DNA of 64,000 bases from Bacillota bacterium (lineage in GTDB: Bacteria > Bacillota > DTU025). A program made the translations under genes and the position numbers. Below, one piece after another: positions 9,950 to 22,104 of this stretch. The stretch's first letter is position 1; each line of letters opens with the position of its first letter. The stretch spans positions 864,001 to 928,000 of the forward strand of contig JBMNJT010000002.1 of assembly GCA_050951805.1 (NCBI GenBank). The letters run 5' to 3'. The notes under the pieces are model-generated. The model saw nothing but the letters and a program-made list of their open reading frames with translations, searched no databases and was not told where the DNA came from.

Positions 9950-11383
9950 GTGGAAATGTCTTTTGTGCTCGTGCAGCAACAGGTCCAAAAGCTTGTCATG
10001 ACCCCGGAATTGAGACAGGCTATTCACCTGCTTCAACTTTCCACGGTCGATCTTGCGGAGTATGTTTCCAACGAACTTCTTGAGAACCCGCTTCTGGAGG
10101 AAGAAGGTCACGTTGGAATGGTCGTCGATAAGCAGGTGCAAGCTGGTCCAGAGGATGCTGTCCATGAAAGCGACGCTAATCCTGAAGATGATGAGAACGA
10201 GATAGACTGGGAGCGCTTCTTTGAGGACGGTACGGACGTGGGTTGGACTCGTGGGCCGATTGACCCTAATGTCGATTTTGATCCGATTCCCCTGGTTAAA
10301 TGGGAACCATCGCTTGAAGAGCAGTACCATATGGAGCTGAGGTTGGCCTGCAGCGACATGCGTACTCTACGGATTGGCGAGTATTTATTGGGGTGCATAG
10401 ACGGTGATGGGTTTTTCCGAGGTGATGTTCATAGGGTCGCGGCGTCCCTTGGAGTGGAAATTGACGACGTGGAGCGCGCCTTATCCCTTATTCAGAGCTT
10501 TGAGCCTGTTGGAGTGGGTTCGCGTAGCATCCGAGAATGTCTGGATCTGCAGATCTGCGCCTCGGGAGTCGAAGATAACCTGTGTCGCCTTGCGCGAAAG
10601 ATAGTCTCATGCCATCTTGAGGATATTGCTGCAGGCCGCATGGTTAAGGTCTCTTCGGAGCTGGGTGTGGACGTTCGGCAAGTGCAGGCGGCCGTCGATT
10701 TTATCCGCACTCTCAATCCTCGTCCGGGTGCTGGGTTTACAGGAAGCGGCGAGACGAGATACATAGTGCCTGATGTTTTCATCGAATACGTTGAGGGCGA
10801 GTACATTGTGATTCCAAATGACTCTGCCATTCCGCGACTGATGATAAACGAGAAATACAGATCCATGTTGAGAGACGCCAACGTTGACAGTGCAGCGAAG
10901 GATTTCATCAAGGAGAAGCTCGATTCCGCGCTTTGGCTTGTAAGGTCTGTGGAACAGCGGCGTTCCACTATAGTGAAGGTATCAGAATCAATAGTCAGAC
11001 ATCAGCGTGACTTCCTTGACCGTGGCATTCTCCACATGCGCCCGCTGACTCTTCGAGAGGTTGCCGACGACATAGGAATGCACGAATCCACTGTCAGCCG
11101 AGCTACGGCGGGAAAGTATGCGCAGACTCCTCGCGGTGTATTTGAACTAAGGTTCTTTTTCGATTCCGGGGTGAGCACTTCGGACGGAGATGCCGCGGCC
11201 AGTGCCAGTGTGAAAAAACGCATAGGCGAGATGATCGCCTCTGAGGATCCTAAAGCCCCTTTTTCTGACCAACAGATAGCCGATGCGCTGGGCTGCGAGG
11301 GCATAATGATATCCAGGAGAACTGTGGCGAAGTATAGGGATGAGATGATGTTGCCGCCTTCCACGAAGCGTCGAAGATACTGA
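9950..11383 (+). CDS. rpoN: RNA polymerase sigma-54 factor
   Basis: Gln-rich region I, 'HESTVSRA' and RpoN box 'SRRTVAKYR'. Confidence 0.96.
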   Translation: MEMSFVLVQQQVQKLVMTPELRQAIHLLQLSTVDLAEYVSNELLENPLLEEEGHVGMVVDKQVQAGPEDAVHESDANPEDDENEIDWERFFEDGTDVGWTRGPIDPNVDFDPIPLVKWEPSLEEQYHMELRLACSDMRTLRIGEYLLGCIDGDGFFRGDVHRVAASLGVEIDDVERALSLIQSFEPVGVGSRSIRECLDLQICASGVEDNLCRLARKIVSCHLEDIAAGRMVKVSSELGVDVRQVQAAVDFIRTLNPRPGAGFTGSGETRYIVPDVFIEYVEGEYIVIPNDSAIPRLMINEKYRSMLRDANVDSAAKDFIKEKLDSALWLVRSVEQRRSTIVKVSESIVRHQRDFLDRGILHMRPLTLREVADDIGMHESTVSRATAGKYAQTPRGVFELRFFFDSGVSTSDGDAAASASVKKRIGEMIASEDPKAPFSDQQIADALGCEGIMISRRTVAKYRDEMMLPPSTKRRRY

Positions 11384-11403
11384 GGCCTTTTTTCCATGGG
11401 GCA

Positions 11404-11430
11404 GAAGGATTTTTGAGGGAGACACAGAAT
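11404..11430 (+). promoter_or_regulatory. Sigma-H-type promoter upstream of the cggR-gap operon
   Basis: GAAGGATTTT...ACAGAAT fits the B. subtilis sigma-H consensus (AGGAwWT...GAAT). Confidence 0.6.
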
Positions 11431-11445
11431 TTCATTTGACATGGG

Positions 11446-11481
11446 TGGGACGCAATTTGACTATGCGGGACAAAAAATGTC
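11446..11481 (+). promoter_or_regulatory. CggR operator (tandem direct repeat)
   Basis: TGGGAC-N6-TGAC-N4-CGGGAC-N6-TGTC matches the B. subtilis CggR operator CGGGACN6TGTCN4CGGGACN6TGTC. Confidence 0.85.
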
Positions 11482-11488
11482 CAGCGAG

Positions 11489-12538
11489 ATGCGAATGCTG
11501 AGCGCTGCAGAGATCGTTTCGTTACAGCGCAGAGTGATGCCGGAATTCTCGGATCGCATCATTCTGAGATACAATATTCTCCGCCATGTTTCCCATGCTC
11601 AGCCCATTGGGAGACGCGCTCTAGCGCAGTCGCTGGGCGAAAGCGAACGCCATGTAAGGCGAGAAGAGAATGTGCTGCGCACTGCAGGCTTACTCGTTGT
11701 AGGCCCTGATGGGATCCGGCTGTCAGAGGATGGGGAAGATATCCTCAGGGATCTGGCTGAATACGTTGGACTTCTCGTAGGCGCTCAGCGGCTTGCTGAT
11801 CTTCTTCAGCATGAGTTCGATCTGGAACGCGCCATAGTCATCACCGGCAACTCCGATGAGGACGAGGCAGTGAAGAAGGAGATGGCCCGTGTCGGGGCGT
11901 GTGTTCTGCGGGATATGATATCCGACGGTGATGTTGTTGCAGTGTGTGGCGGAACTACAATGGCGGAACTTGCCGCTCAGACGGTTCCTGCTTCGGGGAA
12001 ACGCAATGTCGTCGTGGTTCCGGCCAGGGGAAGCCTTGGCGAGGACGTGGAAAAGCAGGCTGATACAGTCGCTGCTCTGATGGCGAAAAAACTGGGCGGC
12101 GTCTACAGAATCCTCAATCTCCCGGACGATCTTGGCCATGAATTGGCGGCCAGTGTGGCGGAGGAACCTCGCACTAAAGAGGTGCTCGACACAATCAGGC
12201 AATCCAGGATAGTGGTGCATGGTGTAGGAACAGCAGTGGAGATGGCGCGGAGGCGGAACATGTCACCTTCGGAGATCGAGGAGATAGCAAGCTTGGGGGC
12301 GGTAGGGGAGGCTTTTGGATTTTACTTTGACCGAGACGGCGAGGTAGTGTACATTACATCAAGTCTGGGTTTGCGTGTGTCTGATCTGTCAGCTGTTGAG
12401 ACTGTAATGTGTGTGGGCGGAGGGTCCAGCAAAGGTCAGGCGCTGGCGGCAGTATTGCGCAATGGGTTTTCCCATATAGTAGTGACGGACGAGGGGGCTG
12501 CGCGTGAGGCGCTGGGGAAAACTGTTGACGACGCGTAG
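11489..12538 (+). CDS. cggR: Central glycolytic genes regulator (SorC family); start uncertain (11477/11489/11495)
   Basis: 'RYNILR....QPIGRRALA', 'GGTTMA', 'PARG.LGE', 'AVGEAFG.YF', 'TDEGAA'. Directly upstream of gap. Confidence 0.92.
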   Translation: MRMLSAAEIVSLQRRVMPEFSDRIILRYNILRHVSHAQPIGRRALAQSLGESERHVRREENVLRTAGLLVVGPDGIRLSEDGEDILRDLAEYVGLLVGAQRLADLLQHEFDLERAIVITGNSDEDEAVKKEMARVGACVLRDMISDGDVVAVCGGTTMAELAAQTVPASGKRNVVVVPARGSLGEDVEKQADTVAALMAKKLGGVYRILNLPDDLGHELAASVAEEPRTKEVLDTIRQSRIVVHGVGTAVEMARRRNMSPSEIEEIASLGAVGEAFGFYFDRDGEVVYITSSLGLRVSDLSAVETVMCVGGGSSKGQALAAVLRNGFSHIVVTDEGAAREALGKTVDDA

Positions 12539-12603
12539 CCTCGAGCTCGCGACAAGGACGTCGTGAGGAATCTTGTCCGCGGATCAAACGAAGAATCGAC
12601 TAA

Positions 12604-13647
<1,044 letters not shown>

Positions 13648-13676
13648 ATCGTTGCGTGTGAAGGGGCTGATGTGCA

Positions 13677-14882
13677 TTGCGCAAGCTCACTGTTGAAGAT
13701 ATAAATGTGGCGGGAAAGCGTGTTTTCGTCAGGGTTGATTTCAACGTTCCCATGGACGCCCAGCGTAATATAACGGACGACAGACGAATCGCCGCCGCCT
13801 TGCCAACGATAGAGTATCTCTTGGATCATGGTGCTAAGGTGATTCTCGCTTCTCACCTGGGCAGGCCTAAGGGGAAATATGATCCGTCTGCCACTATGGA
13901 CCCGATCGCGGAAAGGCTTTCCGAGCTCCTTGGAAAGCCAGTGAGGAAACTGGGTGACTGCATTGGCCCGGAAGTGGTTCAAGCTGTGGGCGAAATGGAG
14001 CCTGGGGATGTTGTCCTCCTGGAGAATCTGAGGTTTCACAGGGAAGAAGAGGCTAACGATCCTAGATTTGCGGAGGCGCTTGCATCGCTTGCAGACGTGT
14101 ATGTGAATGATGCCTTTGGAACGGCGCACCGGGCGCATGCATCTACCGAGGGTATAGCCCATTATATCCCGGGCGTTGCCGGCTTCCTGATGAAAAAAGA
14201 GATCGAAATAATGGGCAAGGCAATCGAAGACCCGGCACGGCCTTTCATTGCAGTGCTTGGAGGCGCCAAGGTCGCTGATAAGCTGGGTGTGATCGACAAC
14301 CTCCTAGACAAAGTAGACGGCTTGATAATCGGCGGAGGGATGGCTTACACGTTCCTTGCGGCCAAGGGCTATGAGATCGGAAAGTCCATATTAGATGCTG
14401 AGAGGCTGGATTATGCGAGGGGTGCGATGGCCAAGGCGAAGGATCGAGGGGTCACGCTGGAACTGCCCGTAGACATCGTTGCAGCCGAACGCTTCGATGC
14501 AGATTCTCCCCACAAGATTGTAGACGCAGATGGGATACCTGCTGACTGGATGGGGCTTGACATAGGCCCGAGGACAGTGGAGCGCTTTTCCAACCTCATC
14601 CGCTCAGCGGGAACAGTCATCTGGAATGGACCGATGGGCGTCTTTGAAATGCCTGCATTTTCCCGCGGAACACGGGGAATTGCCGAGGCTCTTGCTTCGT
14701 CGGATGCAGTAACTATTGTCGGCGGAGGCGATTCTGCGGCAGCATGTGAGCAGTACGGGCTGGCGGACAAGATGACCCATGTGTCGACTGGCGGGGGGGC
14801 GTCTTTGGAATTTCTTGAAGGACGAGAACTGCCGGGGGTTGCTGCTCTCAGGGATGAAGGCGACATGGAGGGTTTGAAGTGA
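13677..14882 (+). CDS. pgk: Phosphoglycerate kinase
   Basis: [26 protein letters not shown] and STGGGASLE motifs. Confidence 0.98.
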   Translation: MRKLTVEDINVAGKRVFVRVDFNVPMDAQRNITDDRRIAAALPTIEYLLDHGAKVILASHLGRPKGKYDPSATMDPIAERLSELLGKPVRKLGDCIGPEVVQAVGEMEPGDVVLLENLRFHREEEANDPRFAEALASLADVYVNDAFGTAHRAHASTEGIAHYIPGVAGFLMKKEIEIMGKAIEDPARPFIAVLGGAKVADKLGVIDNLLDKVDGLIIGGGMAYTFLAAKGYEIGKSILDAERLDYARGAMAKAKDRGVTLELPVDIVAAERFDADSPHKIVDADGIPADWMGLDIGPRTVERFSNLIRSAGTVIWNGPMGVFEMPAFSRGTRGIAEALASSDAVTIVGGGDSAAACEQYGLADKMTHVSTGGGASLEFLEGRELPGVAALRDEGDMEGLK

Positions 14883-15649
14883 GACGAAGCATAATCGCTG
14901 GAAATTGGAAGATGAATAAGACGATACCCGACGGAGTGGCACTGGGAGGCGCTCTCGCTGACGATGCGGCGAGGTTCATAGAGAAGTGCGATGTCGTTCT
15001 GTGTCCGCCGTTTACCGCTATAAAGGCTGTTGCGGATCGAGTTGCGGAATCGGGGATAGACGTCGGAGCCCAAGACGTTCATTGGGAGACAAGCGGTGCC
15101 TTCACAGGTGAAATCTCCTGTGAGATGCTTCTGGATGCAGGATGTCGTTGGGTCATAATAGGCCATTCTGAGCGGCGTGCCATGTTCGGGGAAACCGACG
15201 ATACGGTGAACCGGAGGATGAAGGCGGCCGTTGCGGCCGGACTCAAGCCCATAGTGTGCGTCGGCGAGACCCTTGCTCAACGTGAAGATGGTTTAGCCAA
15301 TGACGTAGTACGGCGACAGGTAAGAGGCGCATTTGCAGGCTTATCTGCCGAAGATGCGAGTAAAGCAGTGGTAGCCTATGAACCGGTGTGGGCAATAGGA
15401 ACCGGACGGGCGTCTACTGGCGAAGATGCTAACGCAATGGCCAGGGTGATTCGGGATACCATAGCTGAGCTGTATTCGCGCGATCTGAGCGAGGCAGTCA
15501 GGATCCAATACGGCGGCAGCGTGAAGCCTGGGAACATGGCGGAATTCGCGCGGCAGCCCGATATAGACGGAGCCTTGGTCGGAGGCGCCAGTTTGAAGGC
15601 TGCCGACTTTATGGGAATAATCGCGGCTATGATTGACTCGAAGGAATGA
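14879..15649 (+). CDS. tpiA: Triosephosphate isomerase
   Basis: [23 protein letters not shown] and YGGSV motifs. Confidence 0.98.
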   Translation: MRRSIIAGNWKMNKTIPDGVALGGALADDAARFIEKCDVVLCPPFTAIKAVADRVAESGIDVGAQDVHWETSGAFTGEISCEMLLDAGCRWVIIGHSERRAMFGETDDTVNRRMKAAVAAGLKPIVCVGETLAQREDGLANDVVRRQVRGAFAGLSAEDASKAVVAYEPVWAIGTGRASTGEDANAMARVIRDTIAELYSRDLSEAVRIQYGGSVKPGNMAEFARQPDIDGALVGGASLKAADFMGIIAAMIDSKE

Positions 15650-16978
<1,329 letters not shown>

Positions 16979-17016
16979 TCTGAAGTTCTGGGAGACCAGT
17001 ACGGGGGAGATGCGAC

Positions 17017-18063
17017 TTGCGTGGCATAACAGAGGTCCTGGGTGTGCTAGTGGGGCACGCACAAGATGATGATGCCTTAACAGGCTGCACAGTCGTATTA
17101 ACTCCGAATGGAGCCGTTGCAGGTGTGGATGTGCGGGGTTCAGCCCCGGGCACCCGAGAAACTGACCTAATGCGTCCGTGCAATCTAGTTGAAAGAATCC
17201 AGGCCGTAGTGCTCTCAGGCGGGAGCGCTTACGGCCTGGATGCTGCTTCAGGGGCAATGCAGTTTCTGGAGGAGGAGGGCGTTGGGTTCGAAACTCCATT
17301 CGGAGTCGTTCCCATTGTGGGGGCGGCTGTAATATTTGACCTCGGAATCGGAAACCCCAAAGTGCGTCCCGATCGAAGCATGGGATATAGGGCATGCCGA
17401 GCGGCATCGTCTGGAGCATGTGCCGAAGGTAATGTAGGAGCGGGCGCCGGCGCTACAGTCGGCAAGATGTTGGGCGATGAATATGCGATGAAGGGCGGAA
17501 TCGGAACTTGTGTAGCCGAGCTTCCCCAGCCCGGTAGGCGCAAGCCCGTGCATGTAGGGGCTATTGTGGCAGTGAATGCCCTGGGTGATATCGTGGATCC
17601 ATGGACAGGGAATGTGGTGGCAGGAGCCTACGACAGGGAGGAGAAGAGGTTCATTGGCCCGGGAGCCGCCAGGAGGGCAGGCAGGTCCGGACGTGGCCCA
17701 ATGGACGTGTATACGGCTAAGGATCCAGAAGACCTAGCTGGAATGAATACGACAGTTGCAGTTGTGGCCACAGATGCTATGCTAGATAAGGAGGGCGCAA
17801 ATAAGGTCGCAGGGATGGCTCATGACGGTCTTGCAAGGGCGATTGTTCCGGCACATACCATGTATGATGGGGACACAGTCTTTTGCCTTTCCACTGGGAA
17901 GAGATCGCTATCCCGTGATCGAGCTGCAGATATCACTGCCATAGGGTCTTTGGCAGCGGAGGTTCTGGCAGCGGCCGTCGTCAGAGCAGTGAGGGCGTCT
18001 CGTTCTGTAGACGGCTATGTGGCAGCCTGCGATGTGGCGGAAGTAGCCTCGGATCTTGATTGA
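17017..18063 (+). CDS. P1/S58 (DmpA-like) Ntn peptidase, possibly pantetheine/beta-peptide hydrolase
   Basis: 'DVRG.APGTRETD', 'SGGSAYGL', 'GNVGAG.GA', autocleavage site 'NTT', 'HDGLARAI.PAHTMYDGD'. Confidence 0.88.
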   Translation: MRGITEVLGVLVGHAQDDDALTGCTVVLTPNGAVAGVDVRGSAPGTRETDLMRPCNLVERIQAVVLSGGSAYGLDAASGAMQFLEEEGVGFETPFGVVPIVGAAVIFDLGIGNPKVRPDRSMGYRACRAASSGACAEGNVGAGAGATVGKMLGDEYAMKGGIGTCVAELPQPGRRKPVHVGAIVAVNALGDIVDPWTGNVVAGAYDREEKRFIGPGAARRAGRSGRGPMDVYTAKDPEDLAGMNTTVAVVATDAMLDKEGANKVAGMAHDGLARAIVPAHTMYDGDTVFCLSTGKRSLSRDRAADITAIGSLAAEVLAAAVVRAVRASRSVDGYVAACDVAEVASDLD

Positions 18064-18073
18064 CCGAGAGCGT

Positions 18074-18150
18074 GGCGCAAGGTTTGGAAAAGCAGGGTGC
18101 GCCTTGCCGTCTTATTTCGTCCGGCACCCGAGAGGGGCTGGAACGGAGGT
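18074..18150 (+). promoter_or_regulatory. Structured leader (tandem hairpins, SD-sequestering) before the ECF S component
   Basis: GGCGCA...TGCGCC stem, followed by a TTCGT-CCGGC-A-CCC-GAGA-GGG-GCTGG-A-ACGGA hairpin that overlaps the SD GGAGGT. Confidence 0.4.
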
Positions 18151-18159
18151 GCGATGTGA

Positions 18160-18669
18160 TTGAAGGTCAAGACTGAGCAGATTGCCGTATCAGGTGTGCT
18201 TGCAGCGTTGACAGTAGTTCTTGGGGCCACAGGCGTTGGTTTCGTGCCATTGCCCACACCGGCTGGCGCAGCTACTCTCATGCATATTCCCGTGATTCTC
18301 GCAGGAATCCTCGAGGGCTCGGGGATAGGATCGATGGTTGGGCTTATCTTCGGGTTGTTCACTCTGAGGTTCATGGGCGACTGGCGGGTAGTTATCCCCG
18401 CAAGGCTGCTGATAGGGCCCGTATCGTACTGGGTTTACGTTGCCCTCAAGAAGAAACCGTGGAGCTTGCCTTTGGCTGCTGCCGCAGGAAGCATCACGAA
18501 CACCGTAGGAACGCTTGCATTGGCGGTTACGTTTGGGTACATTCCGCTTGCGGGAAAGACTGGAGCGATTTCCATCGCAGTTATGCAGGGCGTTCCCGAG
18601 GCTATTGTGTCTGCGCTTTTGATACCCCCTATAGTAATGGCGGTTAACAAGGCGATGCATCGAGTGTAG
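18160..18669 (+). CDS. ECF transporter S component, PanT-like
   Basis: 'G.GFVP.PT..G.AT.MHIPVI...ILEG...G..VGLIFG', 'PARLLIG', 'GS.TNTVG.L', 'PEAI'. Confidence 0.8.
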   Translation: MKVKTEQIAVSGVLAALTVVLGATGVGFVPLPTPAGAATLMHIPVILAGILEGSGIGSMVGLIFGLFTLRFMGDWRVVIPARLLIGPVSYWVYVALKKKPWSLPLAAAAGSITNTVGTLALAVTFGYIPLAGKTGAISIAVMQGVPEAIVSALLIPPIVMAVNKAMHRV

Positions 18670-18679
18670 AGAATGACAA

Positions 18680-18717
18680 TCCAGGGCCTTTGCCTTGGTC
18701 AACAAGGCAGGCCCTGG
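18680..18717 (+). terminator. Hairpin / probable terminator
   Basis: CCAGGGCCTTTGCCTTG...CAAGGCAGGCCCTGG inverted repeat after the S-component stop. Confidence 0.55.
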
Positions 18718-18763
18718 GGCTTTGCATTGTATATTACGGCATGACCTGTAGGGGCCGAAGGAG

Positions 18764-20527
18764 GATGGTGTAACTTTAGAGTAGGACGGGGAGAGGGAAC
18801 GGGTTAGCGACGAAGAAGAGAGACCACAAAGTCCTGGAAGACGTTCCTGAGCGGGACGTCGCGGTGAAGTAATCCACCATCCAGCGCCCAGAAAGGTGGT
18901 CTCTCTATGGAAGAGTTTATTCGTCGTGTTATGGATGCATTCCTGCAAGGGGTAGAGGATGTTGTAGCCGCTTTGTGTAAGGGGATGTCTGCTCCGGAGG
19001 CGGAAATGATGATCAAGGAACGTTGCGACAACCTTGCGGCAGTAATGTATTCGGAATACCTGGAAGAAGTGGACAGGCAGGTGCGTAAGGACTTAGAGAA
19101 CCGTAAGGGCTGGGTTGTGAACAAAAGAAGAGACAGCCGTTCAATCTTGAGCATCATGGGAAACGTTGAATATGAACGAACTTACTACCACAACGAAGGG
19201 ACAGGCGAGTACCGGCACTTGTCAGATGATGTATGCGGGATAACGCCCCATGCACGCATTACGCCACTCTTCAGAGCGAACCTTGTGGAGAACTCATGTG
19301 ATATGTCGTATGGAAAGGCGGGCGAACTCACGGGGAGGTGCGCAGTAAGCGATCAAACTGTTATGAATTCGCTGAAGAAGCTCAAATTGGATCTGCCGAC
19401 AAGTAATGACGGTGTACCAGCCCAAGAGAAGCGGAAGGTTAAGAAGCTGTATATCGAGGCCGACGAAGATCATCTCAGCGGGAATAGGAATAAGCGAATG
19501 CGGTTAGAACCGAAGCTTGTATACGTTCATGAGGGCCGAAAGAGGGTTGGACGTGGCCGCACCGAGCTGGTGCACGCGAAATACTTTGGAGGAATGTACA
19601 AGGACCCTGAGGAGCTCTGGTGGGAAGTATACTGGTACATAGAGCAGACTTATGATATCGACTCCATAGAGATAATCTTCGTCACTGGGGATGGAGCCAA
19701 CTGGATAACGTTTGGGGCCGAATTCATGGTGAATGGGGTGCGCTTGCCTGACCTGTTCCATCTACGCAAATACATTGTAGCTGCTTGTCATGGCGATAAA
19801 AAACTGATGAGCAAGCTATGGAAGGCAGTAGATTCAGCAGAGCGCAGCAAAACCTTCGAGATTCTGGATGAAGCGGGATCCACCACGGTAACTAAGGGTC
19901 AGGCAAAATCCGTTGAGAGATGCCGCACTTACATATCGAACATGTGGGGCGCAATCGAAAACCGGCGGAGGTATTACCAGGAAGTAGTAGGTTGCAGCGC
20001 AGAAGGCCATGTAAGCCACATCTATTCGGATCGCATGTCCAGTCGCCCGATGTCATGGTCCGAGGAAGGGGCCAACATCATGGCCAAGCTGCGAGTGAAA
20101 AAGGCCAACGGCGAATCTGTAAGTGCCTACGCCTTACCCAGCACAGCTCCCCGATTTGGGAGTATTAAGATCGACCAGGGTAAAGCTCAACAGCTATGCT
20201 CGGAGGCAAAGGCTATGGTTAGAACTAGCGGGAAGTGTCTGTGCAACCAGTTGGGCAATGTGCCAGTCCTAAAGGGCAACGCCAGCTTTACTGTGCGGGT
20301 ATTCAGGGAACTTCGGGATTCTATAGCCATATGATATGGGTCCGTTGTTGACGGCCATTGTGATTTTCCCGAGGGGGAATACGCTACTTCGCATCACTCA
20401 TATGCAACCAGCATCAAACAATAGCGCTGGATAAAACAAGCTTATACGGTTTTAACGACAGAGTCGGCATACCGGGATTAGCCAATGGTCTCTTAGCTGT
20501 TCTTTCCTACAGTAGGTTGACGCCGTC
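18764..20527 (+). mobile_element. ISLre2-family insertion sequence (1764 bp)
   Basis: Imperfect terminal IRs GATGGTGTAACTTTAGAGTAGGA and (revcomp) GACGGCGTCAACCTACTGTAGGA. Flanked by a perfect 9-bp direct repeat CCGAAGGAG at 18755-18763 and 20528-20536. Confidence 0.92.
18907..20334 (+). CDS. ISLre2-family transposase
   Basis: 'LYIEADEDH', 'GDGANWI', 'DLFHL' and 'GCSAEGHVSH.YSDRMSSRPMSWS' (UPF0236-type DDE). Confidence 0.93.
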   Translation: MEEFIRRVMDAFLQGVEDVVAALCKGMSAPEAEMMIKERCDNLAAVMYSEYLEEVDRQVRKDLENRKGWVVNKRRDSRSILSIMGNVEYERTYYHNEGTGEYRHLSDDVCGITPHARITPLFRANLVENSCDMSYGKAGELTGRCAVSDQTVMNSLKKLKLDLPTSNDGVPAQEKRKVKKLYIEADEDHLSGNRNKRMRLEPKLVYVHEGRKRVGRGRTELVHAKYFGGMYKDPEELWWEVYWYIEQTYDIDSIEIIFVTGDGANWITFGAEFMVNGVRLPDLFHLRKYIVAACHGDKKLMSKLWKAVDSAERSKTFEILDEAGSTTVTKGQAKSVERCRTYISNMWGAIENRRRYYQEVVGCSAEGHVSHIYSDRMSSRPMSWSEEGANIMAKLRVKKANGESVSAYALPSTAPRFGSIKIDQGKAQQLCSEAKAMVRTSGKCLCNQLGNVPVLKGNASFTVRVFRELRDSIAI

Positions 20528-20544
20528 CCGAAGGAGCGGTACCG

Positions 20545-20573
20545 TTGTAAAGCAGGACGGTGTATGATAGAAT
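20545..20573 (+). promoter_or_regulatory. Sigma-A promoter of secG
   Basis: TTGTAA-N17-TAGAAT with extended TGn motif. Confidence 0.7.
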
Positions 20574-20606
20574 CAGTTGGAGTCGGAGCGATGGGAGGTT
20601 GCTGCG

Positions 20607-20825
20607 TTGGAGACGCTTTTGATTGTTCTTGAGTTTATCTTGTCAATACTCCTTATTGTGGTCGTTATTCTCCAGCAGAGCAAGGGAGAAGGGCTTGGGG
20701 CCATAGGCGGTGGAGGGCAGCTGTTTTTCGGCAAAAGCAAGGCTGCGGAGGCCTTCCTCGACAAAGCAACCACCTGGCTTGCAATAGGGTTTCTGATCGT
20801 CTCATTTCTGTTTGTTTTCGTTTAA
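20607..20825 (+). CDS. secG: Preprotein translocase subunit SecG
   Basis: 'VILQQSKGEGLGAIGGG..LFFGK...FLDKAT'. SD GGGAGG before TTG. Confidence 0.93.
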   Translation: METLLIVLEFILSILLIVVVILQQSKGEGLGAIGGGGQLFFGKSKAAEAFLDKATTWLAIGFLIVSFLFVFV

Positions 20826-20931
20826 CCCTGGCAATCAGGGGGGCAATGTTATAGGCTGAAACAGTAGCCTCGCACTTGAGTCCGGGTGCGAGGTTTTCCC
20901 GTATTTGCAGGGCCAGGCCGCGGGGGCAGTG

Positions 20932-21498
20932 ATGGGAGTGGCGGATTTGACAAGAGATGAAGCGTTGTGCGTGGTAAAAGCAAATGTGCGAAATGGCAAT
21001 CTGGTTAAGCACATGATAGCCTGTGGTGCGTGCATGAAGGCGCTTGCTTCGAGGTTCGGCGAAGACGAGGCCAAATGGGAGCTGGCGGGGCTTCTCCACG
21101 ACATCGACTATGATAGTGCTGGGTCAGATCCATCACGTCATTCGTTGGAAGGAGCGGAGGTGCTAGATGGAATGGGCGTTGATCCTGATGTGGTCTATGC
21201 AGTGAAGGTCCATAACGACTACCACGGACTGCCCAGGAAAGCACCGATGGATCGCGCCCTGTACGCAGTTGATCCGCTCACTGGCTTGATTGTTGCATCT
21301 GCGCTGATTCATCCTTCCAGGAAACTGGCGGCCATAGATACTGATTTCGTTATCAACCGTTATCGTGAGAAAGGATTTGCCAAAGGTGCGCGGCGGGACC
21401 AGATTGCCTGTTGCGATGAGCTGGGAATGGATTTGCGGGAATTCATAGGAGTCTGCCTGGGCGCAATGTGCGATTGCGCAGATGAGTTGGGACTGTAA
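20932..21498 (+). CDS. HD(IG)-domain metal-dependent phosphohydrolase
   Basis: 'KH', 'GLLHDIDY', 'H', 'D.LTGLI' and 'FAKGA.R' motifs. Confidence 0.85.
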   Translation: MGVADLTRDEALCVVKANVRNGNLVKHMIACGACMKALASRFGEDEAKWELAGLLHDIDYDSAGSDPSRHSLEGAEVLDGMGVDPDVVYAVKVHNDYHGLPRKAPMDRALYAVDPLTGLIVASALIHPSRKLAAIDTDFVINRYREKGFAKGARRDQIACCDELGMDLREFIGVCLGAMCDCADELGL

Positions 21499-21525
21499 TG
21501 GAAGTCTTCCGTATACTGAGGGGAG

Positions 21526-22002
21526 GTGTGTCCGCTGGCTGAAAAGGGATCATCTGTGAAGCTGGTTGCAACTAACAGAAAAGCGAGGCACGAGTACTTT
21601 ATCGAGGAGACGTATGAAGCCGGGATCGCGCTTACAGGAACCGAGATTCAGAGCGTTAGGCAGGGAAGGGTCAGCCTGGCGGATGCGTACGCTGAGGTGC
21701 GCAATGGCGAAGTGTTCTTGATCAATGCGCACATTGCCGAATACGACTTTGGGAACAGGTTCAACCATGATCCGCGTAGACCTCGCAAGCTTCTTCTCCA
21801 TAAGAAGGAGATAATGCGGCTCGACTCTCGCGTTCGCGAGCGGGGATACACCATTGTTCCGCTGAAGATGTATATTGTTCGTGGCTATGCCAAGGTCGAG
21901 ATCGCGCTCGCAAAAGGGAAGAAGACCTGGGACAAGCGACGGGATATTGCAGAGCGAGATGCTAGACGTGAAATGGATAGGGCTGCCAAGGCGAGACGTT
22001 AA
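21526..22002 (+). CDS. smpB: SsrA-binding protein
   Basis: 'NRKARHEY', 'EAGI.LTGTE', '[10 protein letters not shown]', 'GKK..DKR'. Confidence 0.97.
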   Translation: MCPLAEKGSSVKLVATNRKARHEYFIEETYEAGIALTGTEIQSVRQGRVSLADAYAEVRNGEVFLINAHIAEYDFGNRFNHDPRRPRKLLLHKKEIMRLDSRVRERGYTIVPLKMYIVRGYAKVEIALAKGKKTWDKRRDIAERDARREMDRAAKARR

Positions 22003-22060
22003 AGGATGGGTGTGACCAAGATCAATGGAAGTGTATGCCATTGCACATATGCTGATCCAT

Positions 22061-22090
22061 TTGATCGAGTTGGCGGCCGCGTGGTATAAT
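22061..22090 (+). promoter_or_regulatory. Sigma-A promoter of ssrA
   Basis: TTGATC-N18-TATAAT with TGn extension, 14 nt before the tmRNA 5' end. Confidence 0.7.
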
Positions 22091-22104
22091 ATTGTGTAAG
22101 ATAT

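Noticed and set aside
9950-11383. Sigma-54 (-24/-12) promoters near rpoN or elsewhere
   Set aside because: No convincing TGGCAC-N5-TTGC was found in the intergenic regions inspected.
14411-15280. Long antisense ORFs (also 33980-34876, 56777-57562, 18190-18948)
   Set aside because: They are shadows of well-supported genes on the opposite strand, with no motifs of their own.
13677-15649. Arg codon reassignment (CGG/AGG) as known in some Bacillota
   Set aside because: CGG and AGG encode conserved Arg here (TpiA HSERR, Pgk VRVD).
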